Source: an uncultured Gemmatimonadales bacterium
GTDB taxonomy: Bacteria; Gemmatimonadota; Gemmatimonadetes; Gemmatimonadales; GWC2-71-9
Assembly: GCA_963844035.1 (NCBI GenBank)
Contig: CAWJMT010000031.1
Coordinates: 1 to 64,000 of the forward strand
Reading direction: 5' to 3'
DNA length: 64,000 bases
Below are positions 31,174-46,596 of this stretch, one piece after another; within the stretch, counting starts at the first letter, position 1, and every line of letters starts with the position of its first letter. The position numbers were made by a program, and so were the translations under genes. The notes under the pieces are model-generated. The model was not told the DNA's origin. It saw nothing but the letters and a program-made list of their open reading frames with translations, and did not search any database.

Positions 31174-32670
31174 TTAGCGTCGTTTTCGCGCTCCCAACGT
31201 TGCCCAGTGCAACGCCGTGTCCACCGCGCGCCGCCATTCCGCCTCGCGCGCCCGCACGGACGCCTTGGCCTTCCCGGGCTTGAAGTGCGTGAAGGTGCGA
31301 CCCTGCAGGAACTCCTCCGTCCCCTTCCACACCCCCACACCCAATCCTGCCAGCGCCGCGGCTCCCAGGACCGTGACCTCCAGCACGTCGGGGCGGGCCA
31401 CCGGTACGCCGAGCAGGTCGGCCTGGAATTGCATGAGCAGGTCGTTGGCGGACACACCACCGTCCACCTGCAGGGCACGCAGCCGCAGCTTCGAGTCGGC
31501 GATCATCGCGTCGAGCAATTCCTTGGTGCTGAACGCCATCGCCTCGAGCGCCGCGCGGGCGATGTGCGCGCGCGTCGTGCCGCGCGTGAGTCCGACGATG
31601 GTGCCGCGCGCATTGGGCGACCAGTGCGGCGCCCCGAGCCCCACGAAGGCGGGCACGAAGTACACGCCGCCCGTGTCCGGGACCTCGCCGCCAGTGCTTC
31701 GGTCTCGGCGGCGCGGGCGATCATCTTCAAGCCATCCCGCAGCCATTGGATGGCGGCGCCGGCGATGAACACGCTGCCTTCGAGCGCGTACACCGGCTCG
31801 CCCTTGGGGCCGCACCCGATGGTGGTGAGCAGACCATGGGTCGAGGTGGGTCGCCGCTTGCCGGTATTGAGGAGCAGAAATGCGCCGGTCCCGTACGTGT
31901 TCTTCGCCTGCCCCGGCTTCACGCAGCCCTGCCCGAACAACGCCGCCTGCTGGTCCCCCGCGATGCCGGTCACGGGGATCTCCACCCCCAGGTGCTCGGC
32001 CGCGCAGACGCCGAACATCCCGCTCGAGTTGCGGATCTCCGGCAAGGATTCGCGGCGCACGCCGAACAGCTTGAGCAGCTCGTCGTCCCAGGCGCGCTTG
32101 CCGATGTCGTACAGCATCGTGCGCGACGCGTTGGTGTGATCGGTCGCGAAGCTCGCCCCGTTGGTGAGGCGGAACAGCAGCCAGCGTGTCGATCGTGCCG
32201 AACACCGCCTCGCCCGCCGCGACGCGCCGCTTCAAGCCCGGCACGTTCTTCAGCAGCCACTCGATCTTCGTCGCGGAGAAGTAGGGGTCGAGGACCAGCC
32301 CGGTGCGCTTGCGGACCATCGCCGCCTTGCCCTGGCGGGTGAGCTGGCGGGTGCGCGGCTCGGTGCGCCGGTCCTGCCACACGATCGCCCGGTGCAGCGG
32401 CCGGCCGGTCTTCCGCTCCCAGACGCACACCGTTTCGCGCTGGTTGGTGATCCCGAGCGCCACGGGCGTCACCTTCGCCTGCGCCATCGCTTCACGCGCG
32501 GCCTCGAGCACCACGCGGAACGTTTCCTCGGGATCGTGCTCCACCTCCCCGGGCTTCGGGAAGTACTGCGTGATCTCGCGGTAGCCGCGCCCGAGTACGC
32601 GACCGTCGGCGGCGAAGACCAGCGCCCGCGCGCCGGTCGTGCCGGAATCGATGGCCAGGACGGCGCTCAT
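31174..32670 (-). CDS. glpK: Glycerol kinase (frameshifts about 32180 and 31690)
   Basis: LAIDSGTTG, GITNQRET, AIVWQDRRT, DPYFSATK, GDQQAALFG, KNTYGTG, VDGG. Confidence 0.94.
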   Translation of the reverse strand: MSAVLAIDSGTTGARALVFAADGRVLGRGYREITQYFPKPGEVEHDPEETFRVVLEAAREAMAQAKVTPVALGITNQRETVCVWERKTGRPLHRAIVWQDRRTEPRTRQLTRQGKAAMVRKRTGLVLDPYFSATKIEWLLKNVPGLKRRVAAGEAVFGTIDTLAAVPPHQRGELRDRSHQRVAHDAVRHRQARLGRRAAQAVRRAPRILAGDPQLERDVRRLRGRAPGGGDPRDRHRGGPAGGVVRAGLREAGAGEEHVRDRRISAPQYRQAATHLDPWSAHHHRVRPQGRAGVRARRQRVHRRRRHPMAAGWLEDDRPRRRDRSTGGEVPDTGGVYFVPAFVGLGAPHWSPNARGTIVGLTRGTTRAHIARAALEAMAFSTKELLDAMIADSKLRLRALQVDGGVSANDLLMQFQADLLGVPVARPDVLEVTVLGAAALAGLGVGVWKGTEEFLQGRTFTHFKPGKAKASVRAREAEWRRAVDTALHWATLGARKRR

Positions 32671-33691
32671 GAGTTCGCTCCGAAGGGCGGCTGGACCACA
32701 CCGCGGTCGGTAATGAAGGCGCGCACGTAGCGCGCCGGCGTGACGTCGAACGCCGGATTCAGCACCCCGGCTGCGGGGGGAGCGATGCGACGGCCGGCGA
32801 ACGCGGTCACTTCTTCCGGGGCACGTTGCTCGATCGGGATACCCTCACCGGTGGCAACAGCGGGATCGATCGTGGATGAAGGCGCGGCACAATAGAACGG
32901 CACCTCATGATGAAGGGCGAGGACGGCGAGCGCGTACGTGCCGATCTTGTTGGCGAAATCGCCGTTGGCGGCGATCCGGTCGGCGCCCACAAGGATGACG
33001 TCCACTTCCTTTGCCCGCAACAGCGCGCCGGCCGCTGCGTCGGCGAGCACGGTACAGGGCACCCCGGCCTCCGTCAGCTCCCACGCGGTGAGGCGCGCCC
33101 CCTGAAGCAGCGGCCGGGTCTCGTCGACGTACACGTGCACTCGGCGGCCGGCTTCGTGCGCGAGGTAGACGGGCGCGAGCGCCGTGCCGATCCCCCCGGT
33201 GGCCAGCGCCCCCGCATTGCAGTGCGTCAGCACGCTGGTGTTATCGGGAATGAATGGCAGGCCCGCTTCGCCGATCCGCCGGCACATGGCGCGGTCTTCG
33301 TCCAGTATCGCCGCCGCCTCCGAGGCGAGGCGGTCCCAGATGGCGCCGCCGTCACCGGGAGCCTCACGGGCCGCCCGGCTCATGCGCTCGAGCGCCCAGC
33401 CGAGGTTCACCGCCGTGGGTCGAGTCGCCCCGAGCAGGCCGGCCACCTCAGCCAGCCGCGCCAGGAAGACCTCGCGGCGCTCCTGCCGGTGCGGACGCAG
33501 CGCGGCCACGAGCCCCATCGCCGCCGCGATCCCGATGAGCGGTGCCCCACGCACCTGCAGCGTCCGGATGGCCATCGGCCACGTCGTCCACGGTCTCCAA
33601 GTCTCGCTCGACGCGGGCTTCGGGGAGGGCACGCTGGTCGAGGATGCGGACGGCGCCGGAGGGGCGTCCAGGAGATCGCTTGGACGGGCAT
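32667..33691 (-). CDS. mtnA: S-methyl-5-thioribose-1-phosphate isomerase (frameshift about 33575)
   Basis: VRGAPLIG, RPTAVNL, THCNAGALAT, DETRPLLQGARLT, GADRIAANGDFANKIGTY, NPAFDVTP. Confidence 0.94.
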
Positions 33692-33708
33692 GGGCGAAAA
33701 ACTAATGC

Positions 33709-33802
33709 GGTGTCAGGTGTCAGGTGTCAGGTGTCAGAGGCACGATGTCAGGTGTCACCTGACACTCGCACCTCTGACACCCGACACCTGACACCTGACA
33801 CC
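33709..33802. repeat. Palindromic heptamer repeat element, copy 2 (with nested inner repeat)
   Basis: (GGTGTCA)x4-GAGG...CCTC-(TGACACC)x4 in the divergent mtnA/crotonase intergenic region. Confidence 0.9.
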
Positions 33803-33823
33803 CCGTCGGTTACCATTCTGTAG

Positions 33824-34606
33824 ATGACCTACCAGACGCTCCTCTTCGACCTCCGCGACGGGATCGCGTTCGTCACGATCAACCGCCCCGAGAAGCTGAA
33901 CGCGCTCAACGACCTGGTGATCAGCGAGCTGTCCCTCGCCGCGGAGCGCATCGCCAACGAGCAGGCGATCCGCGGAGCGATCGTCACGGGGGCCGGCTCG
34001 AAGGCGTTCGCGGCCGGCGCCGATATCGCGGAGCTCGCCCAACAAAGTCCGTTTGAAGGAAAGGCCCGGGCGCTGCGGGGACAGGCCGTGCTGCGGCAGC
34101 TCGAAACGTGCGGGAAGCCGGTCGTCGCCGCCGTGAACGGGTTCGCGCTGGGGGGCGGCTGCGAGCTGGCGCTCGCCTGCCACCTGCGGGTGGCCAGTGA
34201 GACCGCCAAGTTCGGGCAGCCCGAGGTGAAGCTCGGCATCGCGCCGGGGTACGGCGGTACCCAACGGCTCCCGCGCCTGGTTGGGAAAGGCGTTGCCCTC
34301 CACCTGATTCTCAGCGCCGAGATCATCGACGCGGCCGAGGCCTACCGGATTGGCCTCGTGAACAAGGTCGTCCCGGCCGGCGCGTTACAGGCCGAAGCGG
34401 AGCGGATGCTGCGAGGCATCCTGCAGATGGGACCGCTCGCCGTGCAGCTGGCGCTGGAGGCGGTCGAGCGGGGCCTCGACATGACGCTCGACGAAGGCCT
34501 GCTGCTCGAAGCCAACCACTTTGGCCTGCTGGCGGCGACCCGGGATATGAAAGAGGGGCTCACCGCTTTTCTCGAAAAACGGGCGCCAAAGTTCGAGGGA
34601 CGCTAG
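33824..34606 (+). CDS. Enoyl-CoA hydratase/crotonase
   Basis: NRPEKLNAL, AFAAGADI, AAVNGFALGGGCELALAC, FGQPEVKLG. Confidence 0.93.
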   Translation: MTYQTLLFDLRDGIAFVTINRPEKLNALNDLVISELSLAAERIANEQAIRGAIVTGAGSKAFAAGADIAELAQQSPFEGKARALRGQAVLRQLETCGKPVVAAVNGFALGGGCELALACHLRVASETAKFGQPEVKLGIAPGYGGTQRLPRLVGKGVALHLILSAEIIDAAEAYRIGLVNKVVPAGALQAEAERMLRGILQMGPLAVQLALEAVERGLDMTLDEGLLLEANHFGLLAATRDMKEGLTAFLEKRAPKFEGR

Positions 34607-34618
34607 ACTTAGTAAGTC

Positions 34619-34647
34619 TTGACCTGACAATGACTTCAGTGTATCTT
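34619..34647 (+). promoter_or_regulatory. Sigma70 promoter of the dciA-like/gyrB unit
   Basis: TTGACC-N17-TATCTT. Confidence 0.6.
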
Positions 34648-34662
34648 ATGGGGGGTTGTCGC

Positions 34663-34693
34663 GCGCTACGGGACACCCCGTGGCGCTTCTTTT
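34663..34693 (+). terminator. Intrinsic-terminator-like hairpin
   Basis: GCGCTACGGG-ACAC-CCCGTGGCGC followed by TTCTTTT. Confidence 0.6.
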
Positions 34694-34710
34694 GTCGGGG
34701 GATCTCCGGG

Positions 34711-36982
<2,272 letters not shown>

Positions 36983-37021
36983 CGGTCGAGGGCGGTCGAG
37001 TGTTGCACTTCAAGGTTGATA

Positions 37022-37348
37022 TCAGGCAGCACCGTCATCCTCCGCCAAATCGTCAATGCCTGCAGCACCCGCAGGCCATGCGTGGTAAGTGACGGCAATC
37101 CCATCCTTCAATGCCTGCTCGAATCGCGCCCGACTGCGATGACCCTGAGGAAATGCGTCGAGTTCGACGGCGTACGCTTTGTCGAGTTCCCCGACATCCC
37201 ACCCAGCCTCGTCCATGAATTCACGTGCAGCGGCTTCAGCCGCGCCCTGAACCACTTCGTTCACAAAGACGGCGGCGAGTGCTCCACCCACCTCATCGTA
37301 TGCTGGGTGCGAAGGCTTCGGACGCGTTTCGAATGTGAGAAAGAACAT
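37022..37348 (-). CDS. Hypothetical protein (cassette-like)
   Basis: 108 aa ORF, codon usage visibly less GC3-biased than flanking core genes. Confidence 0.6.
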   Translation of the reverse strand: MFFLTFETRPKPSHPAYDEVGGALAAVFVNEVVQGAAEAAAREFMDEAGWDVGELDKAYAVELDAFPQGHRSRARFEQALKDGIAVTYHAWPAGAAGIDDLAEDDGAA

Positions 37349-37357
37349 GGGGATTCG

Positions 37358-37825
37358 CTATTGAACGGATTCGTTGGTGCTGTCTAACGAACGGGCCGCA
37401 ACATGTGACTTCGGTTCACGCGCTCGACTGACAAAGGGAGCCAAGAGTGCGTTGATCACAAAGCACGATACCAGCAGCACTGAGTACTCCATGCCGTTGC
37501 GCCCGCCACCCACCACAAACCAGCCTTCCGGCGCATGCACCAGGATGATGCCGGTAAGGAGTTCGACCGCGAACCAGACACAGAGCGGGATGACCAAGAA
37601 CCCCGCCGCCAAGCTCAGGCCGCCCAGCACCTCGACCACAGAGAGGGTCCAGGCGACGGCGCCGCCGAAGGGGATGTGTTGTGAGCTGAGGTACGTGCCG
37701 AATCCAGGGACACCGCCGCTCGCGATGCGCGCTGTACCGTGCACCACAATGAGGAGCGCCGGAATGGCGCGCAACGCATTCAGCGCGATGAAGGTCTGCC
37801 GGGTAACCTGAGAGATAGGCTCCAA
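37358..37825 (-). CDS. DoxX family membrane protein
   Basis: VHG..RI, EVLGGLSLAAG, LVHAPEGWFVVGGGRNGMEYS; RBS AGGAGG before TTG. Confidence 0.85.
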   Translation of the reverse strand: MEPISQVTRQTFIALNALRAIPALLIVVHGTARIASGGVPGFGTYLSSQHIPFGGAVAWTLSVVEVLGGLSLAAGFLVIPLCVWFAVELLTGIILVHAPEGWFVVGGGRNGMEYSVLLVSCFVINALLAPFVSRAREPKSHVAARSLDSTNESVQ

Positions 37826-37861
37826 TGTGCCTCCTGGCTAACGGATCGCGAGGTTCTTCCT

Positions 37862-39062
37862 CTAGGACGACAAAAGCCCGACCGACTCATGACGACCCTT
37901 GATCGACCGCAGCAGGACGTCGCGCAATTCGTCCGGCGTGAGCACCAAAGGGTTGCCCTTCATGCTGCTGGTCCTCGCACTCTCCTCGACCAACACGGCA
38001 ACGTCCTGCTCACTGACCCCATAGACGGCAAGAGGCGGGATTTCAAATTCCGCGCAAATGTCCCGCGCCCAGGAAATCCCGTCTTCGGCAGTCGCACCGG
38101 GCCGCCCCGTGAGCATGCGTCCGACCTCCTCGTACCGGCGCAGCGCCACGCTTTGCGGGTCGCGGTCACGCAGGGCGCGGAGGTTCACTTCCATCCCGTA
38201 GGGCAGAATGGCTGCGCAAATCGCGCCATGCGGCGCGCGGAACCGACCGCCCACGGGAGCAGCGAACCCGTGTACGACGCCGAGACCGGCGTTGGCGAGG
38301 GCCATCCCACTCAAGAGTGCCGCGAGCGCCATGTCGTGCCGCGGTTCAGGCTGCTGGCCATGGTGAAACGCCCGACGCAGCGAACGCGCGACCAGCTGGA
38401 TGCCCTGGACGCAGAATCCATCGGTCACAGGATTCGCGCGAATCGACACGTAGGCCTCGATCAACTGCGTCAGCGCGTCGAGGCCGGTGCGCGCGGTTAC
38501 GGTCGAGGGCAGGCCGAGAGTCAGTTGCGGGTCCACGACCGCGAGGCGCGGAAGAAGGAAGGGGCTGCGCAGACTGACCTTGACTCCGTTCGGCCCTACC
38601 GGCACACCCAACACCGCGTTGCGGGTTACCTCTGACCCAGTCCCCGCGGTCGTGGGAACGGCGATGAACGGCGCGGCAGGATTGAGCAGGGGTTTGCCCT
38701 GGCCCACCACCTCCAGATATGCCATGACCTCGCCGGCATTCGTCAGGAGCCCGGCAATGGCTTTCCCCGTGTCGATGACGCTGCCGCCTCCCACGGCGAT
38801 GACCACGTCACACCGTTCCTGGCGCGCCTCCTGTAACCCCCTGCGCGATCAGCTCGACGGTGGGTTCACCGGAGACGGCGAACGCGAACGTCAGAGCGCC
38901 TGCAGCCTCCAGGTCCGCCCGGAGCCGGTTCCCGAACGCGGGAGCGGATCCGGTGACCACCAGCACCCTGCGTCCCCACTGGGTGGCCGCAGGTGCCACC
39001 TGCTGCACGGTGCCTTCGCCGAAAATGATGCGCGCCGCGGTGGAAAATTCAAACAGAGACAT
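37862..39062 (-). CDS. Iron-containing alcohol dehydrogenase (frameshift about 38840)
   Basis: GEPT, GGGSVIDTGK, PTTAGTGSE, GLDALTQLIEAY, GVVHGFA, HGAIC. Confidence 0.9.
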
Positions 39063-39339
39063 CGGTGTACTGCACGCGCGTCCGTGGCGCGGCCATCAGC
39101 GGTTCCGCGCGCTCGCGCCACGCGGCGTAATGGGCGGTCTCCTTGTGGGCCACGGTGGCTTCCACGCTCCGATACACCTCGACGAGCACAAACCGCGTGG
39201 GGTCATCGTGCTGCTGAATGACATCGAAGCGCGCGATGCCCGGCTCCTTACGACTATTCCGCGCATTCTCGATCGTCGCTTGCTTGAACGCCTCAATGCC
39301 ATCGGGCTTCACGACAATGTGTACGTGAATAATCAGCAT
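39049..39339 (-). CDS. ABM family protein (LsrG-like)
   Basis: NARNSRKEPGIARFDV...FVLVEVY...AHKETAHY. Confidence 0.88.
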   Translation of the reverse strand: MLIIHVHIVVKPDGIEAFKQATIENARNSRKEPGIARFDVIQQHDDPTRFVLVEVYRSVEATVAHKETAHYAAWRERAEPLMAAPRTRVQYTDVSV

Positions 39340-39407
39340 GACCTGTTCCCTTCCTTGTGGTGCCTCGCTGTCGTGTAGTCGTGGCGTTCGTGGCGCTCAA
39401 CTATTAA

Positions 39408-40869
39408 CTAGACCGCAATGTGATTCCCTCGTCCAGGACAGGCTGGTCCCCGCATGCTCCATCGAAGCAGGCGAACCATCCGCACCACGTTCAGTCCCGG
39501 GACCCCGCCTTGCGGACCACGCGCGGCGGCCGCGTAAGCGGTCAGCTCCTCGACCCCCGCCTTGGTCACCCGATGGGAAATGAGCGGCAGCGGCGGATCG
39601 ACGAGACGGTCCGCGACGACGATCGCCTCCGCCAGCGCGTTGCTCCCGAGCTGCGCGCCGCCCGCGTCCCGGGCGTAGATCGACGCGATCGGCTCTCCCG
39701 CCAGCACCTTGTCCCCCGGCTTCACCGAGATGACGAACCCGACGGTGGGGTCGATCGTGTCGTCAACCTTGGACCTCCCCCCGCCCATCGCCACGATGGC
39801 GCGGCCGATGGTACGCGGCTCCACCTGGGCGACGACGCCGGTGCGCGGCGCGGTGTAGACCTCCACCACCAGCGCCTGGGGCAACACACCCGGATCGTCG
39901 AGCACGCGGGGGTTCCCGCCCTGGGCTTCGATGATCTGCTCGAATTTTTCGGCGGCGAGACCAGACCCAAGCGTGTTCTCGAGGCGCTTGCGCGCCTTGG
40001 TGGTGGCTCGCTCGACGCCGGCGGCGAGCAGCATCTCGACGCCCAGCGCGTAGACGACCTCCATCAGGTCGGGGGGGCCCTCGCCGTGCAGCGCCAGGAT
40101 CGCTTCCTCGGTTTCGAGCGCGTTGCCGCAGGCGCGGCCGAGGGGCCGATCCATCGCCGTGAGCAGCGCCGTGGTAGGGCAGCCCCGGTCTTCGCCCAGG
40201 GCGATCATGGTGCGGGCCAGATCGAGGCCCTGCTCGAGCGACGGAAGGAACGCTCCCGTCCCATGTTTGACGTCGAGCACCAGCGCGTTCAGCCCCTCGG
40301 CCAGCTTCTTCGACATGATGCTCGCGGCGATGAGGGGAATCGCCTCCACCGTGCCGGTCACGTCCCGCAGGGCGTACAGCCGCCGGTCCGCCGGCGCGAG
40401 CTCCGGGGTCTGGCCGATCAGCGCGCATCCGATGCGGAGCACCTGGGCCTTCGCTTCCGCCAGCGACAGGCCGGTTCGAAACCCGGGAATCGCTTCGAGC
40501 TTATCGAGCGTGCCGCCGGTATGACCCAGGCCACGACCCGCCGTCATCGGGATGGCGACGCCGCACGCCGCCACGAGCGGCGCGAGCACGAGCGACACCT
40601 TGTCCCCCACCCCGCCGGTCGAGTGCTTGTCCACGCGCGGCGTGGCCCACCGGTCGAACGAAAGCCGCTGCCCGGAGGCGATCATCGCGTCGGTGAGGGC
40701 CGCGAGCTCCTGGCGCTCGAGGCCGCGGAACACGATCGCCATCAGCAGCGCGGCCATCTGGTAGTCCGGAACCCGGTCCGCGGTGTATTCAGCGATCAGG
40801 GCCGACCACTCTTCGGGCGGTGAGCGCGGCGCCATCGCGCTTGCGCTCGATGAGCGGCGAGACGAACAT
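39408..40869 (-). CDS. pdp: Pyrimidine-nucleoside/thymidine phosphorylase (frameshift about 40815; 3' end uncertain)
   Basis: MFVSPLIERKRDG, PDYQMAALLMAI, DKHSTGGVGDK, GRGLGHTGGTLDKLE, SIMSKKLA. Confidence 0.93.
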
Positions 40870-40898
40870 TAGCGATCAGCCCCCACACGGAGTCCCGC

Positions 40899-41748
40899 AT
40901 GCGCTGTCTGATCACCGTCCTGGCGTTGTCGCTCGCGTCGCATCCGCTCACGGCGCAGGATTCGTCGGTCGCCGAGCCGGCACGCGCCGGTCGAGGTCGC
41001 CAAGCCGGCATCGCCGGCGGTCCTGGCCGAAATCCACGCCGGGGACAGCCTCGAGACCGCGCTCCAGCCCGATTCGGCGCTGACGCGCTTCCGCGCGGCG
41101 CTGGCGCTCGACCCGACGAACTACGATGCCAATTGGAAGGCGGCGCGCTCGATCATGAACGTCGCGAAACAGATCGACAGCGACGAAGACGCGCTCAAGA
41201 AACGCCGCGACAGCATGTACGTGCAGGCCCGCGTATGGGCGGAGGAGGCGGTCAGCACCAACCCGAAGGGCGCATGGGGACATTCCACCCTGGCGCAGGC
41301 GATCGGGCGCCTGTCCCGTACCAAGGGGGGCAAGGAGCGCGTCCGCTTCGCCAAGACCATCTACGACGAAGCGCTCATGGCCACCGAGCTCGATTCGACC
41401 AACGACCCCGCCTTCCACGTCCTCGGCGCCTGGCACGCGGAGATCAAGCGCCTGTCGGGGATGACGCGCTTTTTCGCCAAGACGCTGTTCGGGGCCGATT
41501 TCATGAGCAAGGCCAACTGGACCGACGCCGAGAGGTACATGAAGCGGGCCGTCGCCCTCAAGCCCGAGAACATCTACCATCACCTCGAGCTGGCGGAGGT
41601 GTACGTGGACGTCAAGAAGTACGACAAGGCGCGGGAGCAGCTCAAGTTGGTCCAAGAACTCCCCATCTCTGATGTGCTCGATCACAAGCACAAGAGCGAA
41701 GCCGCGGATCTGCTCGAAGAGATCAAGAACAAGAAAGACTACACCTAG
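40899..41748 (+). CDS. Secreted TPR-like protein (frameshifted 5' part)
   Basis: Signal peptide MRCLITVLALSLASHPLTA; helical repeats, HVLGAWH, AVALKPENIYHHLELA. Confidence 0.72.
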
Positions 41749-43115
41749 GGCGCCATAAGGCGCTCGATCGCGTCCGTGGTGCGCGGCAGCTGCGCCGACA
41801 GCCATTCCGCGCCGGTCGCCGTCACGAGCACGTCGTCTTCGATCCGGATCCCCAGGCTCTCCTCCGGCAGGTAGATCCCGGGTTCGATCGTCACCACCAT
41901 CCCCGGCGCGAACGGCGCATCGTCGTCTCCGGGATCGTGCACGTTCATCCCCAGCCAGTGCCCCAGGCCGTGCACGAAGTACTCGTCGCAGGTGCGCTCC
42001 CCGCACAGCTTTCCCGAATGGGCCTCCATGTAGTTGCGGGCGATCCGGTTCAGATCGCGCCACCGGACGCCGGGCCGCACCGAATCGAAGGCGGCCCGCT
42101 GGGTGGCAAGCACGAGATCGTAGAGCGCTTTTTGTCGCGCTGTGAAGCGCCCGCTCACGGGAAAGGTGCGGGTCACGTCCGCCGTGTACTGCCCCCATTC
42201 CGCTCCGGCGTCCACGGCCACGAGCTCCCCAGCCCGCATCTGGCGGCGATTGGTGTCGTAATGGAGTGTGGGGCCATTCGGCCCGCTGCCCACGAATGAC
42301 GGGTACCCGACCCGGTCGGCGCCGTTGCCGCGGAAGGTGGCTTCGATGACGGCCTCGAGCTGGTACTCATACATCCCGGGCCGGACCGCCCGCATTCCGG
42401 CCCGGTGACCCAGGAGGGTGATGTCGATCGCCATGCGGAGGCGGCGGAGCTCGTCGGCATCTTTCACCATGCGCAGCGAGTCGGCCAGGGGATACAAATC
42501 CCGGAGGTCGCGCCCGGCGAGGGCGGCGCTCATCGCGCGTTGCTCGTCGGGTGACAGCGCGTCGAGCGGGAGATAGATGGGTCCGGTATCCCGTGCGGCG
42601 CGGGTGAGGCGTCCGGCCAGCGAGTCGAGAGCGATCACGTCGCGGATGCCCGTCAGGCGGGCAGCGACCGAATCGGGTCCGAGCTGGATGCCGGTCCAGC
42701 GCTCTTCGGAGGTGTCGCGCGCGGGAAGCAACAGCGTGACATGCGCCGAATCGGGCGCGGCCGCCAGGAGCAGCCAGGCGTCGTGGGTTTCGAGTCCGGT
42801 GAAGTAAAAGAACGTGTCGTCCTGGCGGAAATCGTTGTCCTGCATGTGATCGCGCTCGATCTCGCGGGTGTGGGCCGCGGGAATCAGCGCGATGCCCCGC
42901 CCGATGCGCCGCAGCAGCGCGCGGCGCCGCGCCGCGACCGCCGCCGTGTCCACGGGCCGGCCCATACCCGGCAGCTCCGGAAGCGGCGTCCAGCGGCCCA
43001 CAGGCACCGCGGGGATTGCGACCATCGTCGGACCGGTGGGCGCGCGACGCGGAGGCGCCGCCTGCGCGGAGAGCGTCGCGGCGCAGGCGAGCGACAGAAA
43101 GATGAAGGCGCGCAT
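41745..43115 (-). CDS. pepP: Xaa-Pro aminopeptidase (M24B) with signal peptide
   Basis: FRQDDTFFYFTG, LHY, DAGAE..YTADVTRT, HGLGHWLGMNVHD, TIEPG, IRIEDD. Confidence 0.9.
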   Translation of the reverse strand: MRAFIFLSLACAATLSAQAAPPRRAPTGPTMVAIPAVPVGRWTPLPELPGMGRPVDTAAVAARRRALLRRIGRGIALIPAAHTREIERDHMQDNDFRQDDTFFYFTGLETHDAWLLLAAAPDSAHVTLLLPARDTSEERWTGIQLGPDSVAARLTGIRDVIALDSLAGRLTRAARDTGPIYLPLDALSPDEQRAMSAALAGRDLRDLYPLADSLRMVKDADELRRLRMAIDITLLGHRAGMRAVRPGMYEYQLEAVIEATFRGNGADRVGYPSFVGSGPNGPTLHYDTNRRQMRAGELVAVDAGAEWGQYTADVTRTFPVSGRFTARQKALYDLVLATQRAAFDSVRPGVRWRDLNRIARNYMEAHSGKLCGERTCDEYFVHGLGHWLGMNVHDPGDDDAPFAPGMVVTIEPGIYLPEESLGIRIEDDVLVTATGAEWLSAQLPRTTDAIERLMAP

Positions 43116-43193
43116 CGGGTCCGAAGCTACTTCGGAACCAGAGAGGCGGCAAACCGCTTGACGGCTTGTCCGCCGGTGACGCAAACTACGTTC

Positions 43194-45986
<2,793 letters not shown>

Positions 45987-45999
45987 GTTGCGGTCCCCT

Positions 46000-46551
46000 A
46001 TGAGCACTCCGCCGAGCACCGACATCGAAGGTCTGACCATCGGCCGCGCCGCGCTGCGCCAGCTGCACACCAGCCTGCTGCGCGACGCCACCGATCACGC
46101 CATCAACATCCTGCAGGACGCGGGGTTCGCCGCCGGAGCGGGAGTGTTTCAGGCGTTCTGCGCCTGGCTCCCCGATCACGCCGGCGTGGCGCGGCCCGAA
46201 GACCTCGACGCCACCCAGCTCGGCGGCGTGCTCACGGAGTTCTTCCAGTCGAGCGGCTGGGGCGCCCTCACCGTTAGCCCCGTGGGCGGCGCGGCCCTGG
46301 CGCTCGACAGCACCGCATGGGCCGAAGCCGAGCCCGGGACGGCACAGACCCCGATGTGCTTCTTTTCGGCAGGGATGCTGGCCGACTTCCTCGGCCGCCT
46401 CTCGGGTGAGCCCGTGGCGGTCATGGAGGTGGAATGCCGCAGCAAGAACGACGAGCGGTGCCGCTTTCTCTCGGCGTCGCCGGCTACGCTGAATGCGGTG
46501 TATGAGGAGATGAGCCAGGGACGGAGCTATGAAGAGGCGCTGGGAGGGTGA
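46000..46551 (+). CDS. V4R domain protein
   Basis: FFQSSGWG, PMCFFSAGMLADFL, EVECRSKNDERCRF. Confidence 0.85.
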   Translation: MSTPPSTDIEGLTIGRAALRQLHTSLLRDATDHAINILQDAGFAAGAGVFQAFCAWLPDHAGVARPEDLDATQLGGVLTEFFQSSGWGALTVSPVGGAALALDSTAWAEAEPGTAQTPMCFFSAGMLADFLGRLSGEPVAVMEVECRSKNDERCRFLSASPATLNAVYEEMSQGRSYEEALGG

Positions 46552-46596
46552 GAAGCGGCGGTCAGGCGGTCGGGCGGTCAAACTAAAAAGCGGCGG

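Noticed and set aside
33709..33802. Heptamer repeats as a CRISPR array
   Set aside because: Units are 7 nt, tandem and inverted, with no unique spacers between direct repeats and no cas genes.
39408..39535. C-terminal extension of Pdp as a real domain
   Set aside because: Composition looks non-coding and it runs into the accessory block boundary; likely a lost stop or an indel.
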